A stretch of 64,000 bases of DNA from an uncultured Chloroflexia bacterium (GCA_963713975.1 OY970218.1:1792001-1856000); one strand, 5' to 3'; counted from the first letter of the stretch, positions 19,780 through 29,911 are shown. Made by a program: numbers and translations. Notes: generated by a model from the letters alone, not told the origin.

Positions 19780-20475
19780 ATGACGAAGCCGCCCACCCGG
19801 GTTCCAAGGCGCCGGACACCGCTCAACCGGGACCGGGTCCTGCGGGCTGCCGTCCGCCTGGCGGACGAGGGCGGCCTCGAGTCGGTGTCGATGCGCAAGC
19901 TCGGGCAGGTGCTCGGGGTGGAGGCGATGTCCCTGTACAAGCATGTGGCCAACAAGGACGATCTCCTCGATGGCATCGCCGACCTCGTCGTGAGCGACTT
20001 CGAGGTGCCGGCGGCGGGCCTCGGCTGGAAACCGGCCATGCGGCGGAGCGCGATCTCCACCCACCAGGCCCTCCTGCGTCATCCATGGGCGAGCGGCCTG
20101 ATCGAATCGCGCCTGAGCGCGGGTCCCGCGAGGCTGCGCTACCTGGATGCCGTGATCGGCACGCTCTCGGCCGCGGGGTTCACGATGCCGATGGCCATTC
20201 GGGTCATCATGGCGCTGGACAGTTATACCTACGGCTTCGTGCTCCAGGAGCTGGCCTGGCCGTTCGATGCGGAGAATGCTCCGGAGCTCGCCGCGAGCTT
20301 CGGGCGGAGCCTGCCAGCGGGCGAATACCCCAACCTCACGGCGATGGCCGAGATGGCGGCGACGGGCCCGGGCGGTGCCTCGGTCGACTTCGAGTTCGGG
20401 CTGGACCTGATCCTCGACGGCTTCGAGCGCCTGCGGGACAACGTCCGGGATGTCGGCGCCCACCCGATAGGATGA
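19780..20475 (+). CDS. TetR family regulator (TetR_C), paralog of 17324
   Basis: SMRKLG..LGVEAMSLYKHV; [11 protein letters not shown]. Confidence 0.93.
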   Translation: MTKPPTRVPRRRTPLNRDRVLRAAVRLADEGGLESVSMRKLGQVLGVEAMSLYKHVANKDDLLDGIADLVVSDFEVPAAGLGWKPAMRRSAISTHQALLRHPWASGLIESRLSAGPARLRYLDAVIGTLSAAGFTMPMAIRVIMALDSYTYGFVLQELAWPFDAENAPELAASFGRSLPAGEYPNLTAMAEMAATGPGGASVDFEFGLDLILDGFERLRDNVRDVGAHPIG

Positions 20476-20497
20476 CGGCCCGCACAGCAGGTCATCC

Positions 20498-21796
20498 GTG
20501 AACCGTCGCGCCCGAGCGTGGCTGGCCCAGTGGGGGCCGGTCCTGCCGCTGCTCCTCGCCGAGGCCACCATCTGGCTCGGCTTCGGTGCGCTGCTGCCGA
20601 TCCTCCCGATCTACTTCACCGAGCACGGCGTTGACCTGCCGACGCTGGGGGTGGTGGTCGCGGCGTGGCCGGCGGCCCGCCTGATCGGCGAGCCCTACTT
20701 CGGCTGGCTTGCGGATCGCGTCGCGCGCCGGCCGATGATGATCGCGGGGCTCCTGCTCGCGTCAGTGTTCGCGGTGCTGCCGCTGTTCCTGGTCGGACCG
20801 ATCGCGTTCATCATCCTGCGGGCGATGTCCGGGATGGCGGCGGCGATGTACGACCCGGCTGCCCGCGCATATATCGTCGATTCCAACCCGCCCGAGCGAC
20901 AGGGCGAGGCCTTTGGCCTGTACGGGGCCGTCCAGACGGGCGGCTTCATGCTGGGCCCGGCGATCGGCGGGGTCGCAGCCGCGATCACGGGCCAGCCGAC
21001 GGTCGTGTTCTGGATCGCGGGCATCACGCTGCTGGTGTCCGCCGTGCTGGTCGCCCTGCTCGTCCCGGAGCTCGAGCACATCACGCCCGAGGACGCGGCG
21101 AAGCTGGCCGTCGCGGCCGAGACCGGCCAGGACGAGGTCGTCGACGCCGCTGGCTGGGCCCGGCCGGTCCGCCTGGTCAACGTCCTGCTCGTCGCCGCGA
21201 TCGCATTCAACGTCGGCAGCTTCTTCGCGGGCGGCAGCTACGAGGTCATCTGGAGCCTGTACCTGACCTCGCTCGGGGCGGACCTCGCCGCGATCGGCCT
21301 CACCTTCTTCTCCTTCGGCCTGCCGCCACTGGTCCTGTCGCCGTTCACGGGCCGCTTCATCGACCGCCAGGGTGGCTTCTGGGCGCTGGTCATCGGCGTC
21401 GCCGGGATCGGCCTGTGTGGGCTCCTGTATCCCCTCGTCCCCGCCATCTGGTGGATGGTGGTGCTCGGTCTCTTCGAGGGAACGGCGTTCGCCCTGGCCT
21501 CGCCGGCGATCTACCTCCTCGCGGCCCGCGCCGCGCCCGCGGGACGGTCCTCCACGGCCCAGGGCCTGCTGGGCGGGGCGGGCACCGTGGGCACGATCAT
21601 CGCGTCGCTGGCGGCTGGCTCTCTGGCGGCGATCGACCTGCGCTATCCGTTCTGGGTCACCGGCCTGGTGACCCTGCTCGCGCTCGCGGTGGGGCTGGTA
21701 CTCGGGCGACGGCACCTGTACGACGCGATGCAGCCCCGCCGCACGCCACAGCGCCCGGACACCGAGCCCAGGCCCGCCCTGGAAGACGTCGCATGA
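20498..21796 (+). CDS. MFS transporter
   Basis: About 12 TM segments, G.LADR..RR motif A. Confidence 0.9.
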   Translation: MNRRARAWLAQWGPVLPLLLAEATIWLGFGALLPILPIYFTEHGVDLPTLGVVVAAWPAARLIGEPYFGWLADRVARRPMMIAGLLLASVFAVLPLFLVGPIAFIILRAMSGMAAAMYDPAARAYIVDSNPPERQGEAFGLYGAVQTGGFMLGPAIGGVAAAITGQPTVVFWIAGITLLVSAVLVALLVPELEHITPEDAAKLAVAAETGQDEVVDAAGWARPVRLVNVLLVAAIAFNVGSFFAGGSYEVIWSLYLTSLGADLAAIGLTFFSFGLPPLVLSPFTGRFIDRQGGFWALVIGVAGIGLCGLLYPLVPAIWWMVVLGLFEGTAFALASPAIYLLAARAAPAGRSSTAQGLLGGAGTVGTIIASLAAGSLAAIDLRYPFWVTGLVTLLALAVGLVLGRRHLYDAMQPRRTPQRPDTEPRPALEDVA

Positions 21797-22638
21797 CGGG
21801 CGCGCTGTCGGCCCCCTGGATCCAGGCTGTGCTCGAGGACCGGTTCCCGCAACCGGTTGTGCTGGTGTTGGGCGGCTTCATCACGTCGCCGCCCGTCTAC
21901 CGGCCCTTCGTGCACCGGCTGCTGGAGCACGGGGCCGCCGACGTGGTCGTGGGCAACGTCTGGACGATGGACTGGCTGCTGGCGGCGCGCCGCGGACTCG
22001 GTCCGATCCTCACCCGTTCGGGGCGGGCGCTGCTGACGGCCTCCAATCGTTCGGACGAGCTATCTGGAGGGGCGCCCGTACTCGTCATCGGGCACTCCGC
22101 GGGCGGGATGTCCGCACGGCTGCTCACATCGCCGACGCCGTTCGCCGGGCGGCCGCTCAACGCGGTGACCCGGATCGGGGCCATCGTGACCCTTGGGACC
22201 CCAAACGTGGTCGCACGCACCCCGGGGCTGCGGAACCGCGTCGGCTCGGAGGCGGCTACCTTCGCGAACCGCGTCGTGCCCGGTCCGTGCTTCGCCCCAA
22301 CCACGGGGTACCTGGCCGTGACGTCGCGACGGGTCGTCGGGCGTCGCGAGGGGACCGCGGGGGAGCAGTGGATCTGGTCGCGCTATCGGAGCCTCGCTCC
22401 GGGGCCCGAGCTGGCGGAGATCGAGGGCGATGGCCTGATCCCCGTGCCCTCGGCGCTCCTGCCGGGGGCACCGTCGCTCGTGCTGGACGACGCCGCACAC
22501 GGCCAGTGGATCGGTCGCGACTGGTACGGCTCGGAGCGATTCCTCGCGCGCTGGTGGCCGCTCGCGCTTGCCGCCTGGCAGGGAGCGCTTCGCGCAAGGG
22601 CAGAGCGGGTCTTTGACGGTTCGGCACATCCCCGGTAA
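21793..22638 (+). CDS. Alpha/beta hydrolase (lipase/esterase-like)
   Basis: GHSAGG nucleophile elbow, TLGTP, GDG..P, late His; ATGA overlap. Confidence 0.8.
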   Translation: MTGALSAPWIQAVLEDRFPQPVVLVLGGFITSPPVYRPFVHRLLEHGAADVVVGNVWTMDWLLAARRGLGPILTRSGRALLTASNRSDELSGGAPVLVIGHSAGGMSARLLTSPTPFAGRPLNAVTRIGAIVTLGTPNVVARTPGLRNRVGSEAATFANRVVPGPCFAPTTGYLAVTSRRVVGRREGTAGEQWIWSRYRSLAPGPELAEIEGDGLIPVPSALLPGAPSLVLDDAAHGQWIGRDWYGSERFLARWWPLALAAWQGALRARAERVFDGSAHPR

Positions 22639-22648
22639 CGTAGGCCGT

Positions 22649-22723
<75 letters not shown>

Positions 22724-22737
22724 ATATCGCTTCACCT

Positions 22738-22822
22738 GAAACCCCGGGATCCGACCACCCCGGGGTTTCTCCTTTCCAGGCAATGAAGAAGCCCGCCGGA
22801 ACCATGCGGTCCCGGCGGGCTT
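22738..22822. terminator. Two hairpins between the tRNA and the convergent gene
   Basis: gaaaccccggg/cccggggtttc and aagcccgccgg/ccggcgggctt. Confidence 0.7.
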
Positions 22823-22835
22823 TGTGCTGCCTCGA

Positions 22836-24293
22836 TCAGCCCGGAGGCGTGAAGGTGGAGGCCAGGGTGATCTGGTTGACGACGGCCGCCTCAAGGAGGA
22901 AGACCTCGTCATCCGGTGCCCCGATGGCCCAGATGCCGACGGTTCCCGCGGTCTGGACGTTGGCGAGGCAGGCGTAGCGCGCCTGGCCCGCGGGGATCCC
23001 GGCCGTGTCGGACGCAGCGATGGCCCCGATGCACGTCACCGCCGCCCCGCGGACGTTGAACTCCGACGCGGTTGCCACCGTCCACGCCGCAGGATCCTTG
23101 GCCGAGGCGATCGCGTCCTGGTAGGAGGCGGTGAAGACGTTGGCCATGACCGGGGTGTCGAGCGTGGCCGGATCGTCCGGGACCGTGATCGGCTCCGGGG
23201 CGAAGTACCGGCACGCAAGATCGGCCGGCTCGGTCACCGTGGACCAGCCGCCCGGGTAGACGATCGTCGCGACGACCGGCCCGTCGGCTGGCAGCAGCTT
23301 GCACTTCGCCGTCGGCGGAAGCGAGGCGGGAGGCGATGCCGTGGGCGCGGCGGTCGGTGCCGGCGTCGCCGTTGGCTTGGGGGTGGGCTTGGGGGTCGGC
23401 TCCGGCGTTGGCGAAGCTGTTGGTGCCGGCGTCGCCGTTGGCGTTGCGGTCGGGGTGGGGCTTGGCTTCTCCGTCGGCTCGGCTGTCGCGCTCGGCGCCG
23501 GGCTCGCGCCCGCCTCGACATCCGGCTGCGACCGGGCGAGGGCCACGAGGAGGCCACCGCTGCGATCCGTCAGGCTGAGCGTGGTGCCTCGGGATTCGAT
23601 CATGGCCGCCCCCTGGAGCGCGGCCAGGAATGCTGTCTCCTGCTCCATCAGGGCCTCGTCGCATGCCATGCGGGTCGTGGCCAGCCGGGAGATCCAGACG
23701 ACGTTGCCGTTGGTGCCGTAGGTGCCGCTGAAGGAGTTGCAGCCGGCGAACCCGCCGACGGTGCCGATGCCGAACACGACATCGACCTCGGACCCCTCGA
23801 CCATGCCGACCACGGTGCTGGGCGGGACGCCGTAAGAGTCCACGCGCCAGCGGCCCAGGAGCGGGTTCCGGGGCGCGGCGTCGAAGCGCAGGATCTCGTT
23901 GCGGTCCGCGTCGAAGACGGTCAGCGTGTCCCGGCGCGCGGTGTAGAACCGGCTCGCCTGGAGCAGCTCGAGGTAGCGGGCCTCGAAGGCCATCGTGGCC
24001 TCGTCACAGGCCATCAGGGTCGTGGACGGCGCGGAGACCAGGAGGGTGCGTCCGCCGGCCCGGTAGAGGGCGTTGAAGGTGTTGCAACCGCCGAAGCCCG
24101 TCACGCGGTTCGCGTCGAACTCGGCATCGGCATACAGGGTCTCAGGGATGATCGTGAGGGCGCCGTCCTGGTCGTACGAGCCCAGCACCCAGTGGGTGCC
24201 CTTGAGCTCCCCTCCGGTTCCTGGGCCCGGCGAGCAGGCGGCGATTGTGAAGGCGAGGAGGGCGACGAGCGCCCCGAGCCGCCGGATGGACAT
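22836..24293 (-). CDS. Lipoprotein with two META domains, Pro/Thr linker and extra C-terminal domain
   Basis: Lipobox IAAC; two 'GF.GCN.F...Y...T.MAC' repeats. Confidence 0.85.
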   Translation of the reverse strand: MSIRRLGALVALLAFTIAACSPGPGTGGELKGTHWVLGSYDQDGALTIIPETLYADAEFDANRVTGFGGCNTFNALYRAGGRTLLVSAPSTTLMACDEATMAFEARYLELLQASRFYTARRDTLTVFDADRNEILRFDAAPRNPLLGRWRVDSYGVPPSTVVGMVEGSEVDVVFGIGTVGGFAGCNSFSGTYGTNGNVVWISRLATTRMACDEALMEQETAFLAALQGAAMIESRGTTLSLTDRSGGLLVALARSQPDVEAGASPAPSATAEPTEKPSPTPTATPTATPAPTASPTPEPTPKPTPKPTATPAPTAAPTASPPASLPPTAKCKLLPADGPVVATIVYPGGWSTVTEPADLACRYFAPEPITVPDDPATLDTPVMANVFTASYQDAIASAKDPAAWTVATASEFNVRGAAVTCIGAIAASDTAGIPAGQARYACLANVQTAGTVGIWAIGAPDDEVFLLEAAVVNQITLASTFTPPG

Positions 24294-24306
24294 GATGCTG
24301 CCGGCG

Positions 24307-24573
24307 CTACTGGCTCTTCGACGCGACGTAGAGCGCGAACAGGCGCATCGCGTAGCCGACCCCTGCGACCAGGAAGGCCATGAAGATCGGCAGCCCCACG
24401 GCGCTGGCGGAGATGGCCAGGGCCTCGAACATGTTGAACGCATCACGCTGCGCGAGGTCGATCCACCAGATCACGCCCGCGATGACCGCGTAGGCCGTGA
24501 AGACCCAACCCACGATGATGAAGAAGGTGCCGATCGAGGCGAGCCTGCGGGCATCCTTGACGAGCTGGTCCAT
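24307..24573 (-). CDS. Small 2-TM hypothetical protein
   Basis: GGAGG RBS, hydrophobic helices. Confidence 0.7.
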   Translation of the reverse strand: MDQLVKDARRLASIGTFFIIVGWVFTAYAVIAGVIWWIDLAQRDAFNMFEALAISASAVGLPIFMAFLVAGVGYAMRLFALYVASKSQ

Positions 24574-24698
24574 GAGGTCCTCCGTGATGGCGAGCGTGCG
24601 GAAACGGCTTCAACGATGACCCGAGCCTACCGCAGGGTCGGTGGCCATGGATCACCCGATCGGAGGGCGTGAACGCAGCTGATGCTGTGTGTCTTGTC

Positions 24699-24719
24699 AT
24701 AGTGTGTGACACACACTAT
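24699..24719. promoter_or_regulatory. Probable PadR operator overlapping the -10 box
   Basis: atagtgtgt-gac-acacactat perfect inverted repeat; TATAGT 7 nt before ATG. Confidence 0.6.
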
Positions 24720-24729
24720 AGTGCGGGCG

Positions 24730-25071
24730 ATGGACTTCACCGAGATCCTCTCTGGCGGACAGCAGGAGCTGCGTCGCGGCACCGTCGTGCTGGCCTGCCT
24801 GCTGCTGCTGCGCAAGCCGGACTACGGCTATGCCCTCCTGGAGGAGCTGCGCGAGCTCGGGTTCAGCGTGGACGCCAACACGCTCTACCCGCTGCTTCGC
24901 CGCCTCGAGGGCCAGGGGATGCTCGTCAGCGAGTGGAACATCCAGGAGGCGAGGCCGCGCAAGTTCTACCGGATCAGCGCGGACGGCGAACGACTCGCTG
25001 CGGAGCTTGTCGCCGACTGGGGAAGGATCGACGCCTCGATTCGCCGACTTGGCCAGGGAGGTCGCGGATGA
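24730..25071 (+). CDS. PadR family regulator
   Basis: ELRRG, YGY, TLYPLLRRLE..G, RK.Y. Confidence 0.92.
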   Translation: MDFTEILSGGQQELRRGTVVLACLLLLRKPDYGYALLEELRELGFSVDANTLYPLLRRLEGQGMLVSEWNIQEARPRKFYRISADGERLAAELVADWGRIDASIRRLGQGGRG

Positions 25072-26066
25072 GCACACTTGGCGACCGCTATGTCTGGGCC
25101 GTCCTGCGGGCAGTCCCGGAGGCCCGGCGAGACGACCTGGAGCCGGAGATCCGGGCCCTGGTTGCCGACTCCGTGGATGCCCGCGGGGCCGCAGGCGTCG
25201 AGCCCGCCGAAGCCGAGCGCGCCGCCATCATGGATCTGGGCGATCCCGAGCGGCTGGCCGCGCGCTACACGGACACGTCGCTGTTTCTCATCGGCCCGAG
25301 GTACTTCACGGAGTGGAAGCGCCTGCTGAGCCTGCTGCTGACGACCGTCGTACCGATCGTCGCCATCGCCGTCGCGGGCGCCACCCTCCTCGGCCACATG
25401 GATGATCCGGGCGGCGCGGGCATTGCGGAGGCGGTGTGGAGCGCCATCGGCACGGGCCTGACGACCGGGATCATGGTGACCTTCTGGGTGACCGTGGGGT
25501 TCGCGATCGCCGAGCGCAAGTCGGCCCCCGACCTCGACGAGGGACTCGCCTGGTCCCCGGACAGGCTGCCCCACGTCCCGGAAGGCCGCTCGACCGAGAG
25601 CCTCGTGGGCATCGGCTTCTCGATCGCCGCGCTGGCCCTGGCTGTTGCCGCGCTCGTCTGGCAGCAGGCCACGGCGCCGATCGCGATCGACGATGCCTCG
25701 TACATGCTGTTCAACCCGGACCTGTGGTCGTTCTGGCTGCCGTATTTCGTGGGCCTCCTTGGCCTGGAGATCCTGTTCCACGTCGTGCTCTACGCGCGGG
25801 GCGGCTGGACGTGGGCGTTCGCCGTCCTCAACGCGGCCCTCAACCTGGCCTTCCTGGTCCCGGCGCTCTGGCTCTGGTCGGAGGGGCGGCTGTTGGACGC
25901 CGGCCTGGTCGCGGCACTTGACGGTATGGGGTTGACCGAGGTCCTTCGTTCGACAGGCGTCGTAATCGCGATCCTGATCGTCGTAACCGCCGGCTGGGAT
26001 GTCGTGGATGGCTTCCGCAAGGCCGCCCGGGCAGGCCGCTCGAGGCGCCACGACGCAGCCGGCTAG
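25068..26066 (+). CDS. PadR-associated membrane protein (HAAS / permease prefix domain)
   Basis: 'DRYV.AV...R.D...E', 'LGDP..LA..Y', 'LIGP'; multiple TM segments. Confidence 0.8.
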   Translation: MSTLGDRYVWAVLRAVPEARRDDLEPEIRALVADSVDARGAAGVEPAEAERAAIMDLGDPERLAARYTDTSLFLIGPRYFTEWKRLLSLLLTTVVPIVAIAVAGATLLGHMDDPGGAGIAEAVWSAIGTGLTTGIMVTFWVTVGFAIAERKSAPDLDEGLAWSPDRLPHVPEGRSTESLVGIGFSIAALALAVAALVWQQATAPIAIDDASYMLFNPDLWSFWLPYFVGLLGLEILFHVVLYARGGWTWAFAVLNAALNLAFLVPALWLWSEGRLLDAGLVAALDGMGLTEVLRSTGVVIAILIVVTAGWDVVDGFRKAARAGRSRRHDAAG

Positions 26067-26159
26067 GGGCGGGACTCCTCGCAGGGGGCGGGCCGCGGCC
26101 GGGTCGGGTCGCCGCCGGGTCGGGTCGCCGCGTGGCGCCCGACCGGCCGGACGGGCGGG

Positions 26160-26708
26160 CTATCCCTCGCGGACCTCGGCGGTGACCTTGACGTCGCCCG
26201 CCTTCTCGAAGGTCAGCGTGATCTCGATCTTCTGGCCGGCCTCCAGCGGTTGGGTCAACCCGATCAGCATGATGTGGTAGCTGCCGGGCTTGAGCTCCAC
26301 GGAGCCGCCCGCCGGGATCTCCAGGCGGTCGATCTTCTGCATGCCCATCATCGTGGAGCCCGTGCCCATGCCGTCGTCGGAGGCCATCGGGGACTCCATG
26401 GCGCCCATGCCGTCGTCGGACGCCATCGGCATCTCGGACGCCGCAGGCATCTCGACCGTCTCGTGGACCTCCACGGCCTTGGCGACCGGGCTGGAGCCGC
26501 CGACGAGCGCGTCGGCCTCGGAGCCTGTGTTCTCGATGACCATGTAGGCGGCCCCGGCGCCCGACACCATCGGCGAGGTGCGCGCCCACGGGTCGGAGAC
26601 CTTGATGCCGCCGGACCCGCCACCCGAGCAGGCCGCGAGGAGCAGCGCGATGACGACGACGGGTGCGAGACGCACGAGCGCGCGGCGGGTCCGGGACGGG
26701 GTGTGCAT
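26160..26708 (-). CDS. Copper chaperone PCu(A)C lipoprotein
   Basis: PWAR, GAAYM.I.N, VE.HET ... M, LKPGSYHIML; Met-rich insertion. Confidence 0.92.
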   Translation of the reverse strand: MHTPSRTRRALVRLAPVVVIALLLAACSGGGSGGIKVSDPWARTSPMVSGAGAAYMVIENTGSEADALVGGSSPVAKAVEVHETVEMPAASEMPMASDDGMGAMESPMASDDGMGTGSTMMGMQKIDRLEIPAGGSVELKPGSYHIMLIGLTQPLEAGQKIEITLTFEKAGDVKVTAEVREG

Positions 26709-26743
26709 GACGGGTTCTCCCTCGTGGTTGACGGTGGGTCTGA

Positions 26744-27397
26744 TTAGGGACCGGCGACCTCGCGCAGCCGGTCTGCGATGAGATCGGTGCCGGCGCCAAA
26801 GAAGATGTGATGGCGGAGCTGCCCTTGCGCATCGATGAGATAGGCGTCCGTGGAGTGGGCCATGGCGTAGCCGCTGGCCGAGTCGGAAGGCAGATGCCGG
26901 TAGGTCACGCCCCAGTCGGCAGCGGTTTCGGCGATCTGGTCCGCCGTGCCGGTGAGACCGACGTAGTCGGCCCCGTAGTAGTCCACGTACTGCTTCATCG
27001 CAGCCGCGTCGTCGCGCTCCGGATCGATCGTGACGAAGACCACCCGCGCGTCAATGCCAGCCTCCTTGATCCCGGCGCGGAGGTCAGCAAGGGTGGTCGG
27101 ACAGACGTCTGGACAGTGGGTATAGCCGAAGTAAAGGAAGACGGGGCTGCCACGAAGACCGGCCAGGTCGAATGGCCTGCCGTCCTGATCGGTGAGTTGG
27201 AGGGCGGGTGCGGGACGCGGCGGGTCGTAGGCGGTATCCCGGTTGCCCAGCGGCATCTGGGTGATGGCCTCGACCATCACGGGGCTCGGTGCCGCGCCTT
27301 CACCGGGACCGACGCAGGCAGCCGCGATGAAGACCATGGCGAACGCCACGGCAAGGGACCGGGGAAGGTGTCCGGCCACGCGGCCGGGGGTGGACAT
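26744..27397 (-). CDS. SCO family copper chaperone
   Basis: FGYTHCPDVCP, DPERD, Y.MAHS. Confidence 0.93.
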   Translation of the reverse strand: MSTPGRVAGHLPRSLAVAFAMVFIAAACVGPGEGAAPSPVMVEAITQMPLGNRDTAYDPPRPAPALQLTDQDGRPFDLAGLRGSPVFLYFGYTHCPDVCPTTLADLRAGIKEAGIDARVVFVTIDPERDDAAAMKQYVDYYGADYVGLTGTADQIAETAADWGVTYRHLPSDSASGYAMAHSTDAYLIDAQGQLRHHIFFGAGTDLIADRLREVAGP

Positions 27398-27500
27398 CGT
27401 GATATGGCTCCGGGGCTGGGGAGAGGCGCGGGGCCCGTGCGCGGGCCGGGCGTGCCGGGCGGGACCGCTGTCGGGACCCGGTCGGGTCGGGCGGTCTGGG

Positions 27501-28160
27501 TCAGGCGGCCACGGCGATGGGTGGTGCCCGCTCAACGTCCCGGCGCAGGAGAATCCAGCGGTGTGCGATCAGGGCCGCCACCAGGGACCAGCGACCATGC
27601 GGGACCTGGGCGCCCGAAGGACGGTGGCGGATGGCGGCGCGTGCGGCCAGCAGACGCCCGACGAGGACGTCGCGGTGCCACTGCAGCCAGCCTCCCGCCG
27701 CAGCCAGGAGGCCGGTGACGACCACCAGCACGGGGATCGCGAGCGGGTACCCGGGGCCCGTGAGCGCCCATAGGCCGGGCGCGGCGCTGCCGGCCAGGAG
27801 GTGTTCGGCGTTCTCCTGCAGGACGAAGGCTCCAGCGACCGCGAACAGCAGGCGCGGCCAGAGCCGGAAGACCTCGGCCACGTAGCGCGGTTGCCCGGGG
27901 GCCGTTGGGGCCGCAGGCAGCCCGCGAACGCGGCCGCGGAGGCGCACCAGAGCGGTGGCGGCGGCACCCAGCGCGACGCCCGCCACGAGCAGGGCCAACA
28001 CGATGAACGCGGGCCAGTAGCCGTGAGCCGTCCCGGCAAGGGCGGTGTCGCGGTCGGGCCCCAGGCCGTACTGGACACCGAAGACGGCATCGTGCGCAAC
28101 CAGCACGCCCACGATGGCGAGCGCGGGGAACCGGAGCCGCTCCAGGCGAGACTGCATCAC
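27501..28160 (-). CDS. His-containing membrane protein ending in RAPP (candidate arrest peptide)
   Basis: About four TM segments, AHD / AHGYW / QENAEH, C-terminal ERAPPIAVAA. Confidence 0.7.
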   Translation of the reverse strand: MMQSRLERLRFPALAIVGVLVAHDAVFGVQYGLGPDRDTALAGTAHGYWPAFIVLALLVAGVALGAAATALVRLRGRVRGLPAAPTAPGQPRYVAEVFRLWPRLLFAVAGAFVLQENAEHLLAGSAAPGLWALTGPGYPLAIPVLVVVTGLLAAAGGWLQWHRDVLVGRLLAARAAIRHRPSGAQVPHGRWSLVAALIAHRWILLRRDVERAPPIAVAA

Positions 28161-28255
28161 CCGGTCAGCGTACGTGATGCGGTTCGATGACGCCCCGTTG
28201 AGCGGACCTGCCGACGAGTCGCGCAGGGATCAGGGGCGGAACCTCACAGCGAGCC

Positions 28256-29047
28256 TCAGGCCGCGACGGGTGCCATCGGCTGCCGCCCTCCCTCGCCGGT
28301 CCGGCCTCGCACGAACGCCCTGATCACGAGGGCACCGACGACCACGACCCCCAGCAGCGCGGCCCCCGCGACGACCGGCGTTCCGGCCTCCTTGATGACC
28401 ACGCCGGCGTACGCCCACGCGATCACGAGGCCGTAGGCGACGTCACGAAAGCGGACCACGAAGGTTGCCGCGATGGCCACGCCCACCAGCAGCACGGCGG
28501 CGCCGATGAGCGCGGGATCGATGCCGAACCCCGTGAAGCCAAGTGCCGAGCCCGCCTGCGCGATGTTCGCGATCGTCGCGACCGTGATCCAGCCCAGGTA
28601 CACGGACCACGGAGCACGGACCGTCCAGTAGCGAGTCCCGTGGAGGGCGTCCCGGTGGGCCCACAACCGGAGATGGATGGCGATCAGGGTCAGGAGGAGG
28701 CCCACCATGACGGGGACCGTGAGCGCGAAGGCCTCGTACTGGAACAGCAGGAGCCAGACGGTGTTGAGCACGCCGGACAGCGCGGGCAGCCAGCCCAACG
28801 TTCGTGCCGTCCTGTCCTCGCGATTGCGCGGCAGCGACTGCCACACGGTGAACACGCCAAGCAGCACGTAGATCAGGCCCCAGATCGCGAACACGTAGCC
28901 TGCTGGGATCACGTAGACGGAGAAGCGGTCACTGATCTCGGCCGTGCGCAGGCCGTTGATCGGCAGGGCGTTGGCCGCGATGTTGGAGACCATGACGGCC
29001 AGGAAGGCCAAAACGGTCGCGACCTGGCGAAGGATGTCGGGGCGCAT
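28256..29047 (-). CDS. TspO/MBR-related tryptophan-rich membrane protein
   Basis: PAGYVFAIWGLIY, N..W, SVYLGWITVATIAN. Confidence 0.8.
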   Translation of the reverse strand: MRPDILRQVATVLAFLAVMVSNIAANALPINGLRTAEISDRFSVYVIPAGYVFAIWGLIYVLLGVFTVWQSLPRNREDRTARTLGWLPALSGVLNTVWLLLFQYEAFALTVPVMVGLLLTLIAIHLRLWAHRDALHGTRYWTVRAPWSVYLGWITVATIANIAQAGSALGFTGFGIDPALIGAAVLLVGVAIAATFVVRFRDVAYGLVIAWAYAGVVIKEAGTPVVAGAALLGVVVVGALVIRAFVRGRTGEGGRQPMAPVAA

Positions 29048-29116
29048 CGGGTACCTCTCGGGAAGGGTGATGTACCCATCATTCGTGCGAGGCCACCTGG
29101 CGGATGGCTGCCGGCG

Positions 29117-29911
29117 TCAGTCCCAGCGGAACCGGCGCGCCGCGAGGCCCGCGAACAGCACCGCCCAGGCGGCGAGGAGGACCAGCGATTCCGTCGCGTC
29201 GCCGCCAGCATCCCCACCGAGCCCGACGGTCAGCACGTTGGTCAGGAGCGCCGGCGGCAGGACTGCCGCGATGGCGGCCACGGGACCCGGCAGCCGGTCC
29301 AGCGGCACCACGATCCCGCCCAGGACGAGCGACAGCAGGAAGAGCAGGTTGGCGAGCGCCAGGGTCGCCTCCGCCCGGAGCGTGCCCGCCATCAAAAGCC
29401 CGAGGCCGGCAAAGCAGATGGTGCCCACGAGCAGCCCGGCGACGACCAGCGGCCCGGACGCGCCCGGACTGGCGGCCCAACCGAGGGGCAGGACCGCGAG
29501 CGCGAGCAGCAGCATCACCTGCACGAGCTCGACCGCGATCACCGAGCCTGTCTTGGCCGCGACCAGCACGGACGAGCCGGCGGGACTGCCCCCGAGACGC
29601 TTGATGACGCCATAAGCCCGCTCGTATCCCGTGGAGATCGCCAGCGACACGAGCGATGCCGCGATGACCGCGAGGGCCATCGAGCCCGGCAGGACGGTGT
29701 CGACCGAACGGCCGCTGCCACCCGCGCTGCCCATGTCGAAGGCGCTGAACACGAGCAGCACGCCCGCAGGGATCACGAAGGTGATCAGGAGGCCCTCGCC
29801 GCGGCGCAGGACCAGGCGCAATTCGTAGAGCGTGAGCGCGATCGCCATCTGTGGCCACGATGCGCGCCGAGCGGGCGTGCCCGCGCCCAGGGGCAGCGTG
29901 CCGTTGCTCAT
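29117..29911 (-). CDS. ABC-2 type permease
   Basis: Six TM segments, 'ER.YG..KRLG.SP', FRWD terminus. Confidence 0.88.
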   Translation of the reverse strand: MSNGTLPLGAGTPARRASWPQMAIALTLYELRLVLRRGEGLLITFVIPAGVLLVFSAFDMGSAGGSGRSVDTVLPGSMALAVIAASLVSLAISTGYERAYGVIKRLGGSPAGSSVLVAAKTGSVIAVELVQVMLLLALAVLPLGWAASPGASGPLVVAGLLVGTICFAGLGLLMAGTLRAEATLALANLLFLLSLVLGGIVVPLDRLPGPVAAIAAVLPPALLTNVLTVGLGGDAGGDATESLVLLAAWAVLFAGLAARRFRWD

